Origin: Fistulifera solaris
Taxonomy: Eukaryota
Direction of reading: 5' to 3'
DNA length: 64,000 bases
Assembly: GCA_030295235.1 (NCBI GenBank)
Contig: AP026132.1
Location: 1 to 64,000, forward strand
Below, piece by piece: positions 37,348 to 51,400 of this stretch (positions are counted from its first letter, which is position 1; every line of letters begins with the position of its first letter). A program made the position numbers and the translations under genes. The notes below the pieces were generated by a model, which searched no databases, was not told the origin of the DNA, and worked only from the letters and a program-made list of their open reading frames with translations.

Positions 37348-39605
37348 CTAGTACCGGTTGTTGCTGTCGAGGGGGTGCACGATAACTGGATGATGGCATG
37401 GATGACTGCGGGCATTGGATTTCTTGTTGTTCTTTCTGGGTTTTGGTTGCTTGGGTGTGACAGAAGGAGTGTCTTCGTCGATTACAACATCGGTCAGATA
37501 ATGCGGGACGCCGCTAGATCGATGACGACCCATATCGCTGCGGCGATGAGAATCACGACGGCTGCTGGTCATACGACCGTTACCGTAGTCGTCCGACTTG
37601 GGGCTGCCATCTTCTTCGTCCGTGAGAGCCGGTTGCATTAGAACCGTCTTCTCCTTCTTCTTTCATAGACCAGAATTGATTCTCGGCGTCCAACTCAGCT
37701 ATGCTCTGACTAACGTCGCCTCTGCCTCCCATGCGATGCATCATACTAGGTGCCTTGCTGACGGAATAGTCAATGCCCAAACCACGAAAGCTCCAGTCAT
37801 AACCATTATTTTGCGAAGCACGGCTATGATCACGACTGGCACGACTGCGCTCGCTGTCGAAGTCGTTGCAGCAGGATGACCGGGCTTGCTCCACTCAATG
37901 TGAGTGAGGACGTGATATTTACTGCTTTCTCCGATCTGGGACGATTCTTCGGCCGCTACGAGAGTAATGGAAACGATTAGAGCGTGTGACAGCTCTTCAG
38001 CGGAAGCGATTGCGACTCGGCAACAGTACTGAAGGTAGACAAACCCGATTTGGATAGCGCTGAGAGACATGACGGACATGCTGGGTTCTCCGACACTTTT
38101 GATTTCGGTTTCTTTGGGAGCTTCTCCGACGCTGCCTTCTTCAATAGCCATGTTTTCGGCTTTCGCACTACGAGGGCGTGACACGCCAAGCAGATTCCCC
38201 AGCTACTTGCTTCAGATGCGCGACACGACAGCAGACGTTCTTCAGCGTCCGTGTAGATGAGCAGCGAGAAAATGGCATATTGAACAAACCACCAGGGATT
38301 CTTCAAGCTGGGATGGCACAACGAGAAAGCAAATAGCGTACTGACAGGCCCGATGATGGTGGTGAAGGCGGTGGCACTGAGCAGCAGAGGATCCAAAAAG
38401 TTGAATTCGCCCCTGAATGTACCAGTACAAGAGGAGGGTGATGATTTGCGAGCGATCCAAGGATAGATTTCACGAATGAACAGGAGCATAAACATGCCGA
38501 ACTTTTGTCGAAGTCCCAGGTTGTGATTCATGATGAGCGGTATGCAGTGTTTCATCGAAACCTGCATCCAACCTGCTTCAACGCAGACGCTGATTCCACG
38601 TATGAAGAGCAGTGGTCGTGGAAAGCTCGCGACTGATGAGCTTTGGGTCAGTCTATCGACAAAATGAGAACACAATGAGATTATTCGTTTAAAAACCAAT
38701 GCATCGCACAAATCAGCTAATAGGTACTCACGCCAATATTTCCGCCTTCAGCCAGCACACGCATACTGCTATCAATATCTTCGGTCAACATGCTACCAAG
38801 CATACCGATTCGCTTCAAAAGGGGACTTTTCCAGTACCCATTCGAGCCACCAAACACACCAAATCCGTCTCGGACTGTGCGACCAGGGTGAGCGACGGCA
38901 TAGATTGTTTCGAACTCAATAGCAACCATCTTAGCCATCCAGGTCTCTTCTGGGTTTCGACTTAGACAATGACCCTGCACGACATCATAGCCGTTCGATA
39001 GCCAGCGCCAGGCACGCGAGTAAGAGTCTAGATCGGGTTGGTGATCGGCATCAAAGACTCCCACAAAATCTCCGACGACAAAGTCCAGAGCGGCGTTTAA
39101 GTTCTGACTTTTACTTCCGACTGTTCTCGATTTTCAATACCAACAGGTTAGGATGCTGATTGGAAAGCGCTCGAAGGTCGTCTTCGATAGGCATAGGGAC
39201 CGGTGTGTTATAACTGAGAATGACTTGAATACCTGGTTCGTACTCGATGCTAAGAAAATGTTCCAAAGTCTCCATGATGGTTTCAGCCTCGTTGGGCATG
39301 TAGGCGCAGATAATGGCAGACGAAGCCTCGGGAGCTCCGGGTTTTGCCGGGGCGCCCTTATGAAAATATGCAACAAAACATTCCGTTAGAATCAAGACGG
39401 ACATGACATTCAAGAAGAGAAGTGTCGCCACGTAAACTCCGTATGTGATATCGATTCCGACCAAGTGAAAGAGATAAAAGATGAACATAGGAAGAAAGAC
39501 GGACAATGCGTAGGATGCGATGACTTGCAGAAAGTCCATACCCATCGCTGTGATTTTGCCATCTTTCATGAACCATCGGAAGGAGAAGAAGTCGATGCAG
39601 CCCAT
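37348..39605 (-). CDS. Processive GT2 glycosyltransferase (CesA-like), copy 1; fragmented, possibly a pseudogene
   Basis: CAYMPNE, VFDADH, GYDVVQG, GGSNG, LTEDID. Intron at 38653-38731. The QxxRW codon reads TGA here. The 3' end is approximate. Confidence 0.8.
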
Positions 39606-40350
39606 GGTAACTAACTTTCGCTTCCGATCGAGAAGCTGGATTTCTTAGCGCTTGGAAGCAATGAGATGGAGCAGGAAGCTTTTTTCTAAGGAAAGCAGCA
39701 AGTTGATAAACAATGGAGCTCTTTGTTGCCCTTGTAATCGTTTTGAAAGGGAAGACGAGTGTTGCTTTTGGGCTTCGGCTCAAAAAGAAAAAATTTAGAG
39801 GGTCTTTGTGGTCATTCATGTCGCGTCGCGCCATAGAGCGGCCTGCGCGAGATTCTCTAAATAGAATCCGTTTGAGATCCTTCTTTTGTCTACAAGCAAG
39901 CCAAGCCTACATTTTGTATCATACCAGCGCAAGGCTTAAGTCCACTTACTTAGAAGCAAAGAGTTTTAAGTTTTTAGGTATCCATTGCAGTCATCCAGTC
40001 TTCTTCGGAGTAAAATAATGACCAGAAACAACAGAAGGGCAATAGCGGACTATTCTTACTCAGAATTTCTGAGTGACAGAGCTCTGTTGACAAGAGAGTA
40101 GGCCACTCTAATGACTCTAATTCACCTTGTTCCTCCGTTGTCTTTGTCGTACATTCTGGGTCATAGGGTCACAATTGCTTTTCGATAGTAGGTCATCAAG
40201 ATGTTTCTATAATACTCAATAAACCATACATAATCATGATTTCAAATTTCAAATGACTACTGTAGAGACTCTCTCTCTAGAGAGAGAGAAAGACAAAGAA
40301 AAAGACAAGGGACCGAAGACGATTGGGGAATGAAATATGCTTACCAGGTA

Positions 40351-40406
40351 CCTATAGCTACATGAGTAAATGGTAAACCCATTTACTGTACTCATGTATA
40401 GCTAGG
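40351..40406. repeat. Short inverted repeat whose right arm carries a 5-bp CTGTA insertion at a TA
   Basis: Left arm tacatgagtaaatgg (40359-40373); right arm ccattTA-CTG-TActcatgta (40379-40398). Confidence 0.8.
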
Positions 40407-40711
40407 TGAAATGTTTTGTCTAGGTCTAGGTCTGCGTGGTCACCGAAATCGTCGCAACTCAAAGAGCATACCACATGTAGCAAAGAAATAGACTGTAATT
40501 TGCGATCATACCTGAAATTAATGGTCGAATTGTGGATTACGTTCCCTCTTTCACTAAATGGCTATCCTGCAATAACGACAACCTGACGGCCGAGAGAGAT
40601 GTATCTCATAAGTCAAAGTCCGAAAAAAGAGCCTAAAAAGTCCAGCTTTATCTCGAATTTACATAAAAGCCATAAATTCACAGGTTGTAAGCGTCTCATA
40701 GCTTCCCCCCC

Positions 40712-42787
40712 TTACGCTATACTATCGTCTGGCTCATCGTTGCTGTGGTGAGATTCATGCTGGCCGCTGGTCCTACTACCATCGCAATCATCGGACTTGG
40801 GGCTTTCATCTTCATCGTCCGTGAAACCAGTGGCATCTTCGGCTTCTTGCTTTATGGACCAAAATTGGTTTTCGGCATCTAGCTCAGAAATGTTCTGACT
40901 TTCGTGACTCCTTCCACCTATACGATGCATCACACTAGATGCTTTGCTGACGGAATAGCCAATGCCGAGACCATGAAAAATCCAATCATACCCATTTTGC
41001 GATTCACGGCTAGGATCGCGACTGGCTACGCTCGCTGTCTAATAGTTGCAGCGGGATGACCGGGATTGTTCCACTCGATATGAGTGAGCACATGGTATCT
41101 ACTGCTTTCTCCGATCTGGGACGATTCTTCGGCGTTACGGGAGTAATGGAAACGATTGTGCGACGTGACAGCTCTGCATGGAAACGACTCCGACTTTCAG
41201 CAATAAAGCTGGAGGCAGACAAACCCGATTTGGATAGCGCTGAGAGCGACATGACGGACATGCTGGGTTCTCCGACACTTTTGATTTCGGTTTCTTTGGG
41301 AGCTTCTCCGACGCTGCCTTCTTCAATAGCCATGTTTTCGGCTTTCGCACTACGAGGGCGTGACACGCCAAGCAGATTCTCCAGCCATTTGTTTTAGATG
41401 CTAACACGACAGCAGACGTTCTTAGCGTCCGTGTAGATGAGCAGCGAGAAGATAGCGTATTGAACAAACCACCAAGGATTCTTCAAGCTAGGATGACACA
41501 AGGAGTAAGCAAAAAGCGTACTGATGGGTCCAATGGTAGTGGTGAAAGCAGTTGCACTTAACAAAAGTGGGTCCAAAAAATTGATGTCGCTGACCCAGAA
41601 TGTACCAGTACAGGAGAAGAGTAATGATCTGTGACGCGATCCAAGGATAGATTTCACGAATGAACAGGAGCATAAACATGCCGAACTTTTGTCGAAGTCC
41701 CAGATTTTGGTTCATGATGAGGGGTATGCAATGTTTCATCGAAACCTGCATCCAACCTTGCGCCCAACGCAGACGCTGATTCCACGTATGAAGAGCAGTG
41801 GTCGTGGAAAGCTCGCGACTGATGAGTTTTGGGTCGGTCTAACGCAAAACGAGAAAAACCGCTAATGAGATCACATAGCCAAGGTTCCAGGGCACACGAC
41901 CTTCCTTTACGTACACCAATATTTCCGCCTTCAGCCAGCACATGCATACTGCTATCAATATCTTCGGTCAACATGCTACCAAGCATACCGATTCGCTTCA
42001 AAAGGGGACTTTTCCAGTACCCATTCGAGCCACCAAACACACCAAATCCGTCTCGGACTGTGCGACCAGGGTGAGCGACGGCATAGATTGTTTCGAACTC
42101 AATAGCAACCATCTTAGCCATCCAGGTCTCTTCTGGGTTTCGACTTAGACAATGACCCTGCACGACATCATAGCCGTTCGATAGCCAGCGCCAGGCACGC
42201 GAGTAAGAGTCTAGATCGGGTTGGTGATCGGCATCAAAGACTCCCACAAAATCTCCGACGACAAAGTCCAGAGCGGCGTTTAAGTTCTGACTTTTACTTC
42301 GACTGTTCTCGATTTTCAATACCAACAGGTTAGGATGCTGATTGGAAAGCGCTCGAAGGTCGTCTTCGATAGGCATAGGGACCGGGGTGTTATAACTGAG
42401 AATGACTTGAATACCTGGTTCGCATCGATGCTAAGAAAATGTTCCAAAGTCTCCATGATGGTTTCAGCCTCGTTGGGCATGTAGGCGCAGATAATGGCAG
42501 ACGTAGGCGCCTCGGGAGCTCCGGGTTTTGCCGGGGCCCTTATGAAAATATGCAACAAAACATTCCGTTAGAATCAAGACGGACATGACATTCAAGAAGA
42601 GAAGTGTCGCCACGTAAACTCCGTATGTGATATCGATTCCGACCAAGTGAAAGAGATAAAAGATGAACATAGGAAGAAAGACGGACAATGCGTGGGATGC
42701 GATGACTTGCAGAAAGTCCATACCCATTGCCGTGATTTTGCCATCTTTCATGAACCATCGGAAGGAAAAGAAGTCGATGCAGCCCAT
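40712..42787 (-). CDS. Processive GT2 glycosyltransferase (CesA-like), copy 2
   Basis: Same motifs as copy 1, with intact NQRLRWAQGW (tgg aat cag cgt ctg cgt tgg). Intron near 41840-41915; several indels. Confidence 0.85.
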
Positions 42788-43722
42788 GATTACGAGGCTC
42801 GGTCTCAGTAGGAGGAACTGGGAAAATTCTAGGGATAGAAGGCGATGAGAGTGAGAGAAGAAAGCCTTCCTTTTCACAAATGCAAGAGCTTGGCAAGTAA
42901 ATGAGCAATAAAAGCCTCGTATTGTCGGCAAACGTTTTGTGAAAGATAGAAAGAAAGAGCTGCTTTCAAGCCTCAAGCCTCGACTAATCAAAAACAAAAA
43001 TGAGCAATGATGATGACGACAAAGATGACGACGGATGCAATAGAGATGGCCGACACGCACGATACACAATACACGATACACCAACTTTATTGTAAAGCTG
43101 AAATGTGAATGCTGGAATTATGCACATGGGACTGGAGTTGATTGGGGAGTGAGTTTTCTGACGTGAGGGCGAAACGTAAGCATCGACACAGTCACGAGTG
43201 TCGTCGTCACGAGTCATGAACAAGGGTCACACACAGCTTAGCAGGTAACCGGTCACCTTAGCATCATGAGACTTGCTGTAACTTGCGGTACGAGTAGCTA
43301 CATTTTGTTTGTGCTAGATATCTCTCATCTCCCCAGACCAAGAGTCCAGCTTTCCGGAGGTTCCGATTACCAACCGATCAGAGGGGACTATCAAGGCACG
43401 GGCGTTAAATTATCCGGTAGAGGAACTTGCGCGCATGCCGGTATGTCCTGAGAGCTAAGTATCTATATTCTCGACAGGAAAAATAGACGTTGAGATAAGC
43501 ATAAAACTCGATCAAAACCGTTAAAACATCTACTTAGGCTTTGAGTACCGGGTAAACCCAGGGATTGTTCGTGAGATGTCTCAACGGCTATGTAGTGATT
43601 TCACGCAGTCGCTTAACATTGCAACCCATTTTCTTGCAAGCAGGGTGCTATTAGCTCACAAACAGCATCAAAAGACACCTCCTATGTGCACATTCTACTC
43701 TTACATGATGTGTAAAAGAGAT

Positions 43723-44309
43723 GCTCCGAAGCAGATTATCGCGTATCCGCGATATTATCCTGAGCTCGCGATAATATCGCGGAATTTTATCGCGTATCCG
43801 CGATAATATCCCCGACACGCGATAATTTTTTTGGATTCCAAGTTCCATGTAGGAATTTTGGCGTCTCGGGCTAGTTAGAGTTTTGTGAAAAGAAAGAAAA
43901 GCGAAAACATACAGTACCTCTGGTAAAGCTCGCAACCGACCAAACACCTTCAGATTCTGCGCCCCAATTTCAAGATCTCCTCTAAAATGATCTTGCGCGC
44001 CTCACTCGGTCGCAACTTGATATGCTCCTTGCGCTCTGCCAATGACAAGGTGATCCCCAGTAGCAAAAGTAATTTTGTCGCGGTCGTTGTTGCGCCGGCA
44101 ATTATGCAGTCAGGCGCATTTTTAAAGGTAACCTTACTGCAGACTTGTGGTAAAAAATGGCTCGACCGGGCGATGGAATTTTTCATGCAACGTCAGACGG
44201 AATCCAAATTATCCCCACCAGGCGATAATATCGCGGAAAATTATCGCGTATCCGCGATATTATCCGCGATTGGGGATAATATTATCGCCGAGTGGCGATA
44301 AACGGAGCC
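43723..44309. mobile_element. Putative non-autonomous DNA transposon with subterminal GCGATAA/TTATCGC arrays
   Basis: Dense palindromic motif clusters at 43735-43826 and 44207-44301. Ends are GCTCCG...CGGAGC; the right end reads GGCTCCGTTT on the minus strand. No target-site duplication seen. Confidence 0.55.
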
Positions 44310-45174
44310 GCAAGAATTTTGCTTGAAACACAAGCATCATTGTTGTCTAGCATTATTTACCGCAAAGTGCTCTATTTCTAAATTCGAAATCGCCAAAATA
44401 CCGGAAATATCTAGCATCTAGGCCATTTTTCATTGTACTATTTCGGAGCCATAAAATTGGCCTCTTACTCAAAGATGTTTCATATATGGCGCACGCTGTC
44501 GTCCCGGCTCCTAAAGCTACACAACGTTTGACTGTTATTTCTACCTTGCTGTTTGCTATCTAAGGAGATACTGTTTTCAGGCCATTCCAACGACGGTGAA
44601 AGCTGGGATTATCGTCTTCGCGACATTTTAACGCCGTGCCCAAGTAAGCTCACACGTCGAACATTTTTTAAAAATAAAAAAAGCGACTATACTTCAGTCC
44701 AGCTCCAACTAAACCCTAATGATAGCTTTTCACTATGCATGAGCGTCATATTATATACGTTTTAAATTATTGTGTCTGTAAGTCTTGTTGTTGTGCAATC
44801 TTATTCCCACGAAAGGATGTTGTCTTCAGCACCAAAATTTCCCCTACCCACAAACACAACCTACAAGTCTCTTCGCAAAACATTCTCTTTTTGGTAGGAT
44901 TATTTCATGTAATTTCAGAAGCTTTGGCTGTCAGGGAAGGTCTTAAGATGGAGGGGCATTCTGTTACTACGATACCTCTCTCTTAAGGGCAATGTCATGA
45001 CCCTAGTCAAGCCGCAATACGATTCGATACAACAGTCATGAAGCAAAAGGTATTTAAAAATATAATGTAAGTTCCTTCTTAGCGGAAAATTGTAGCATCC
45101 AACATAGTTACTCCAAAAGTCAAAACAACCATGACATAGCAAAATCAATCAAAAACGTCATAGCCGTCCTCGCT

Positions 45175-45573
45175 TTATAGATCCATCTCAAAGATTCCTT
45201 CTTCCGGATAATAGTCGTGATCAAAAGGGTGACCGTGTTCATCGACTCGAGACTTGGCAAAACTGATTTGCTTGGACGTAACCAAACTTCGCAAGTCCTC
45301 CGACGGCAATCCAAAAGCACGGGCGCAAGTGGGGGACGATGACACGACGTTCGGTTCACTGCGTTTGGCCGAAATGCGCTGAAACATGACGTAGTCTCGA
45401 TAGTCAGCGAGTGCTTCCGAGTTCTGCAGTTGCATTTGATAAGTGTTCGGTTTCGGAGGTGCAATCTTAATCGACCTGGACGCGGTAAACGTTGATGAGA
45501 ACTGCAACTCCTCTTTGTTCGGTGTACCGCAAGGTGTCAGATGTGACGATGATTGATGTTGAGCGCTTTGCAT
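45175..45573 (-). CDS. Small hypothetical protein (DYRDYVMFQRI ... EEGIFEMDL C-terminus)
   Basis: Intact 132-aa ORF with motifs I recall from diatom hypothetical proteins; not verified. Confidence 0.65.
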   Translation of the reverse strand: MQSAQHQSSSHLTPCGTPNKEELQFSSTFTASRSIKIAPPKPNTYQMQLQNSEALADYRDYVMFQRISAKRSEPNVVSSSPTCARAFGLPSEDLRSLVTSKQISFAKSRVDEHGHPFDHDYYPEEGIFEMDL

Positions 45574-46496
45574 AGTTGTATTGTTAGATCAGTGAAACGA
45601 TTAGGTAAGAAACGATGATTTATGATGCAAAGCGAAGTGTTGACGCTCGTTCTGGGTTGGCTTGGGAATTTTGATGTGGCTGTGAGTTGTGAGAATCTTC
45701 AACGAAATGAATCTCACAATTTTCAGCGAGTAAAACGGTAACAGTAACAGGGTGCGCGGGCAAAAGGGAAAAGGGGGCAAAACAATCGCATGGCTGCGGG
45801 CTGCGGAGAGAAGGCTTATTTTACAGTTGTCGTGATTTTGATCTGGTGCGAAGAGCAGTACGGAATACACCGTATAATAGTTTTTTTAGAAATGCCGTCG
45901 ACAACATAGAACTTTATGCGAAAACAACGCGAAACGGAACGTGGCAATGGGTTATCGGCCTAACTTTATGAATGAATGGCTTGGGGACGCCCCAGGACGC
46001 TCTATTCCGAACGGATGTCGCGAATCTTCGCGGAGTTATTACTGGCTTGATACTCGAAGTAGGTGACTACTAATTGCCGTACGCACGCTTTCGGGATTGT
46101 GCGATCAAATTCCTTCCCAACGAGATTTGGGAAGATACGATGTGTACAATTCAAATGACAGAATCCCAAAGTCACGATCGAGAGCGGAAGATCTACTGCA
46201 AGATTGTGAACCTTCAAGATTCCTTCTTGGCGATCGTCTTCAGTCACTTTTCCCGCATCATCAATTATTTATAACCAGCGCACGATCAAGATTCATTTCG
46301 ATGCTATCGGATTCGTATCAATATCAATTCAATTTATGCTCTTAATAACTCGGGCTGGAAATTACCAGTAACCGAATGATATCTTGGTATGGTTCTTAGT
46401 CGTTCGTGTCACTAAACATCTAGATTGGTTAGAATTGAGGATTGATGCCCCTTATAGAGTGAATAGGCTAGCTCTAGTTTCTGGTTTATTATGCAA

Positions 46497-47895
46497 TTAG
46501 TCGATACGGCAATCAAGTGTAAAGCTGGATACTCCCGATACGGCATAAACAAATGCGTAAGCGACGCCTTCATCCTGTGAAGACAACGCCATCGAGCATA
46601 TTTGAACGCGATCGTTCGTCTCGGCACTGCATGCGAAATCGTGGAATTCACCGTGATGATTGAGAAACAAGTCTAAATCACCGTCATCGTCAGCGGCGGC
46701 GGGTGTAACAATACAAGTCAACAAGGAGTCGGGCGGTATATTCTGCAACTCAAAAACTTGGGTGGCACCAGTTTCCAAAGGACCCATTTCGTAGTAACCC
46801 ACTGCCGTCGAAATTGAATTGGCCATGAACAACGACGCATCACTTGTACTCCGATAAGCTTCGAGACTGTCCAACATTGCTGCAATTTGACCACTGGTAA
46901 ACTCGTACATACACGCATCGGTAGAATAGTCCATGTAATTGAAAATAGGATCCGGTAGTGAATCACCTGGGCAGGTGTCGCGTCGCTCTGATGGTGTGCA
47001 TCCCTTGTTGGCAGTGCGCTGTGGTGCTGTGATAGAACAATGTTAGTGATTACTTTTGGTTCATCATGGACTGTTACGACGTACCTGTATCGTCAACACC
47101 GTCTCCTGGAGCGCATCCATCTTGAAAGGTGTGAAACAACCCCAACCAATGGCCCACTTCATGCACGAGTGTATCTCCTTCATTGTATTCGGGAAGTGAA
47201 CCACCTTGCACCGTTCCGGGATTGATGACTACGCCATCCATTGCCGGGTCTGTTGCATATTCCCACGGAAATGAAGCGTATCCCAGCAACTGGGTGCGCG
47301 TGACAGACATGGGACGAATGTAGTAAATATTCAGCGTTCGGGCGCCCCCTTTGCGTAACGCTTCCTTGATCGGTTTCTCACGATACAACAAACTGTTCAT
47401 AATGATTTGCGTCCATTTTCGATTTTTGGGGCGTGTCACACAAGCAGAGGCTTCGGTCACGGAACTCGTGGTCCCATTGACGTTGCCATTGGCATCGAGC
47501 GTTGCCATCGCAAAGGATATTCCAGTATTGAGCGAACATTCTCCGTTGCACCAATCCAAGTTAGTGTCACAACAAGACGAAGATGAATAGCCGAGGTTGA
47601 GGTGCTCTAGCTCACGCTGTAGTTGTTCGTCGGTGAGTGGGGCCGTTTGTCCTTGAGGCACGTGAAAGCACACCGGAATGACGATGGAATTACCAAATTC
47701 GCTTTCCGGCCGCAGAATCGAATGTGACTGATACCTTTCCGACCGAAATTTTCGATATTGTCGAGCTCGTTCAGATGCGCGATGATCATGCTCTTCTGGT
47801 TCTTTGGTGTTGCACCGTTGAATGGAAGATGTCGAGTGAGCGCTAGCCTGGCGAATACCCAAGGCCAATAAGAATAGCCTTTGCAGCAGCATCAT
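46497..47895 (-). CDS. Secreted zinc metalloprotease, family M43 (pappalysin/ulilysin-like), with a C-terminal PPC-like domain
   Basis: Signal peptide, HEVGHWLGLFHTF, Met-turn NYMDYS, GDLDLFL. GT-AG intron at 47027-47084. Confidence 0.9.
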
Positions 47896-48470
47896 CGTAC
47901 TTATTCTCTTGTTTTTAATTGCAAAGCCTTATCTTTTCAATTGTCCTTATGGCGCAGTCGTTCGAAATCAATCCATGGTTTCTCACAACGACGGTGGCAG
48001 TTGAGAAAAGTCTTTTTTCGTGTTGAGATGAAAAAATGGTGCAAGGTATCTTTGACCACTGTAGTATCGTGCTAGAAGTAGACGATGCGCGATCCCAAAT
48101 TTCTCGTTTCAACGGGTGCGTGAGACTACAATTCAATATATAGTGAAAATGGATATAAGTGTTGACTGTAGATTACTTTTTTTTATTACAAAGTATTTCT
48201 TTAATTAAAGACCTCTACGACACGGACAAGTTTTATGGATAACACTTTTGTGCGCACCTTTCAACATCGCATCTCGATCACTCACAACAAAAGCACGATT
48301 TCCGCGAAACGGAAAGAAGAGGAGTCAGAAGCACTCGTTCAAAGAAACGTTCGACTTTGTTGACAACTCGCTTCATAGCCTCGATAAAAGACTTCAAATG
48401 TACTGTCTTGTGTAATTGAAGAGAGAAGAGACGACAAAAGACGACAAGAACGCGTAATTTAACGAGAGAT

Positions 48471-51400
48471 ATGGTTCGACATCAGGAGCGTTATGAGCCC
48501 AGTGATTCCTCTGACACAATATCACCTCATGTCACGTTTCCCTTCAATGAAGACACTAGTTACGTATACGAACCTCTTCCAATACCGAAGCGGATGCAAC
48601 AGAAACGGGCGATACCTTTAAAAGAAGAGTCGACCGAATTTGACGAGGAAGAAGGATCGATAGGAGCTCACAATAAACATGCTTCCACCCGAGCAAACAG
48701 AAACGATTCGACAACCGCCTGGATATCAAGAAGACTGTATACTTCGAATGGATGGAGACTGATTAGCACTTCTTTGATTGCGCCTTGCTCAAGAGCACTG
48801 TGTTCGTCGAGGATCTGCCGTTCTCTCTATCAAAATGGGCGCTGTACTCCCTTGGGTCGAGAGGTTTGGCAGCTGGGTCTTGTCTTTTGCATATTTCATT
48901 TGCTTCCCCTGTTCCTATACTTCTTATTTGATCTGATGGGACTCAACGTCAGTTTTGGGGTCTATGTTGCGACCATGATCTTTTTGGTGACCATGTCCTT
49001 TTTACTCCTCACCGAATGCGTGTGCGCCTTTGGGCATTTGGGTCCTCCAAAAGCACCTGGCGTCCCTGAAACACCCGCGTCGGCTATCATCTGCGCCTAT
49101 CTACCCAATGAAGCCGAAATTATTGTGCAAACGGTCGAACATTTTTTGAATCTAAAATACGACCCGGGCATTCAGGTTATATTAGCCTACAATACACCTG
49201 TGCGCATTCCTGCCGTCGAAGAGCAGCTGGAAGTCCTTGCGAATCGGTTTCCCAATTTACTGGTCTTGTGCATCGAGAATTCGATTTCGAAAGCACAAAA
49301 TATCAATGCCGCGCTGGATTTTGTCGTCGGGGACTTTGTAGGGGTATTTGACGCCGATCATCGACCAGAACTGCATTCGTTTTCACGCGCATGGCGATGG
49401 CTGTCCAGCGGATACGATGTCGTGCAAGGTCATAATGTATCGCGCAATGCGGACGCTTCCTGGATGGCTCGGATGATGGCGGTGGAAGCGGAATGTCACT
49501 ATGCCGTTTCCGAGCCCGGGCGGACTACGCGTGATAGGATGGGGTTTTACCAATCCAATGGCTACTGGAAAAGTCCCTTGTTGAAGCGAATTGGAATGCT
49601 GGCGAGTATGAAAGCAGAAGATGTGGATGCTGGAATGATGGCTTTGGGTGAGGGTCGCAACATAGCGGTACGTTTGCAATATGATTTGATTCACCGCAAA
49701 GTTTGGCTTGTTTGATGCTTAGCTGACCGTTAGTCTGTTGATTTTTACACTTATTTAATCGATGCAGATGGACCCACAATTAATCAGCTTTGACTTGTCA
49801 GCCACTACTCCTTTTCAGATATGGAATCAACGCATTCGATTAGCCCAGGGGTGGTTTCAGGTATCAATGAGACACTGCTTCCCGCTTCTTTTCAGTCCTT
49901 CTTTAGGTGTTCGGCAAAAACTAGGTATTTTTCTGCATCTCAATGTCCGAGAAATATTTCCGTGGTTTTCATCGCAAGTCTTTACCTTGGTTTTTTATTG
50001 GCTTGTCTCGGATCGAAATCGAGATCTCATTCGGCCGTTGCTCCTCGCGTACATGACATATTTGCTTGTGGCGGGTCCCTTGAATGCCCTGGCGGCATAT
50101 TGCTTGTGTCATAACACAATGCGGAATCCACGGTGGTTTGTACAGTATGCTCTCTTTAATACTTTCTTCTTTGTCGCCGCTAAAGGGTTGTTCGCGCGTA
50201 TGGCGCACATCAAACAAGCTATTGGCGAAAATATTTGGAGAGTGACACCGCGATCGACAAAAGCTACTCAAACTGTACGACCGGAGCATGTTTATCAGAT
50301 ACCGCAAGAGGCAGAGGTCAAGGTCATTGGTGAGCCGAGCATGACGGCACTGACCATACAAAAAGTGGCGCAGTCAACGCAAAGAAATATGAAAAGCGTT
50401 CTGCAGGACAGCAGGTTGCTATTTCAGGAGCGACTTGATCGCACTGACCGATCTCGGCATTATTTCAGCCGCCAAGAAGACGAGAGTATGATGATTGCCA
50501 CGCACAAGCTGCATTACATCGTAGAGAGATGCGACTGGTCATACGCAATCACGAATGCTGATTGCCTACCTACTACAAGCCCTGATGGCAGCCAAAGTGA
50601 TGCTGACAGAGGTCGGCATGGTAAAGAGTATTCGATTAAAAACAAGATATCTGGTGTCACTCGTGACACGACAAATAGTATGCGGCGGCCCAAGCCGTCA
50701 TGGGCAAAGTCCGAAGGCGTGAAAGTAGTTCACAAAGGAGACCGCAGTAGCCATGCGAGCGAGAGCAGTAGTGATAGCCAGAGCCGTGGAAAGACGTCTG
50801 CTTTGGATTGGAGCTTTCAAAACATGGATGGTGATTATAGTGTCTCCTTACAGCGTGATGGCTACGGCGTTCCTCTTTCACCTGGCAATCAGAGTGTTTC
50901 GTTGCAACCCTCCGATCATAGTGACTCAATCCGGACATCTGACCTGTCGACATCACATTCACAAAAATACAAGCCGAGAACCACACGCTTTCAAAAGGTC
51001 TTCAATTTTCCAAAACTTTTTTCAGGATCTGTTTTGAGCCGAGGAAGTTCCGATCAAAGCTCTTCCAAGAACTCATTTTATAGTGACTTCAGCAAAAGTA
51101 TCGATGAAAATGGACCAGGTGCATTCTGGACAAGAACGAAAGAGACAAGTGTCGCCGACGAACACTCAATCAGTACCGTATCAGAGGCCCAAGTTCCTTT
51201 GCAAGATACACCAGAAATGGATCTCGAAAAGGGATTGGATGAAAACGAGGATGTGCAGCGCATTCGAGCACAAAACTTAGCTGCCGCAACAATGCCTCTT
51301 CAGGACACCATTGGCATTGTTTCATCAAACGCTAAGAAAGGATTCGCGTTTGACCCGCCATCCTCGTCCGTTTCAGCGACCGAAATGGCGTTTCGTCCCG

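Noticed and set aside
40266..40290. (CT)n-(AG)n palindrome
   Set aside because: Simple microsatellite mirror, common and uninformative.
45018..45040. Possible minus-strand family A copy (cagtcatg)
   Set aside because: Only one arm matches and the downstream spacing motif is absent.
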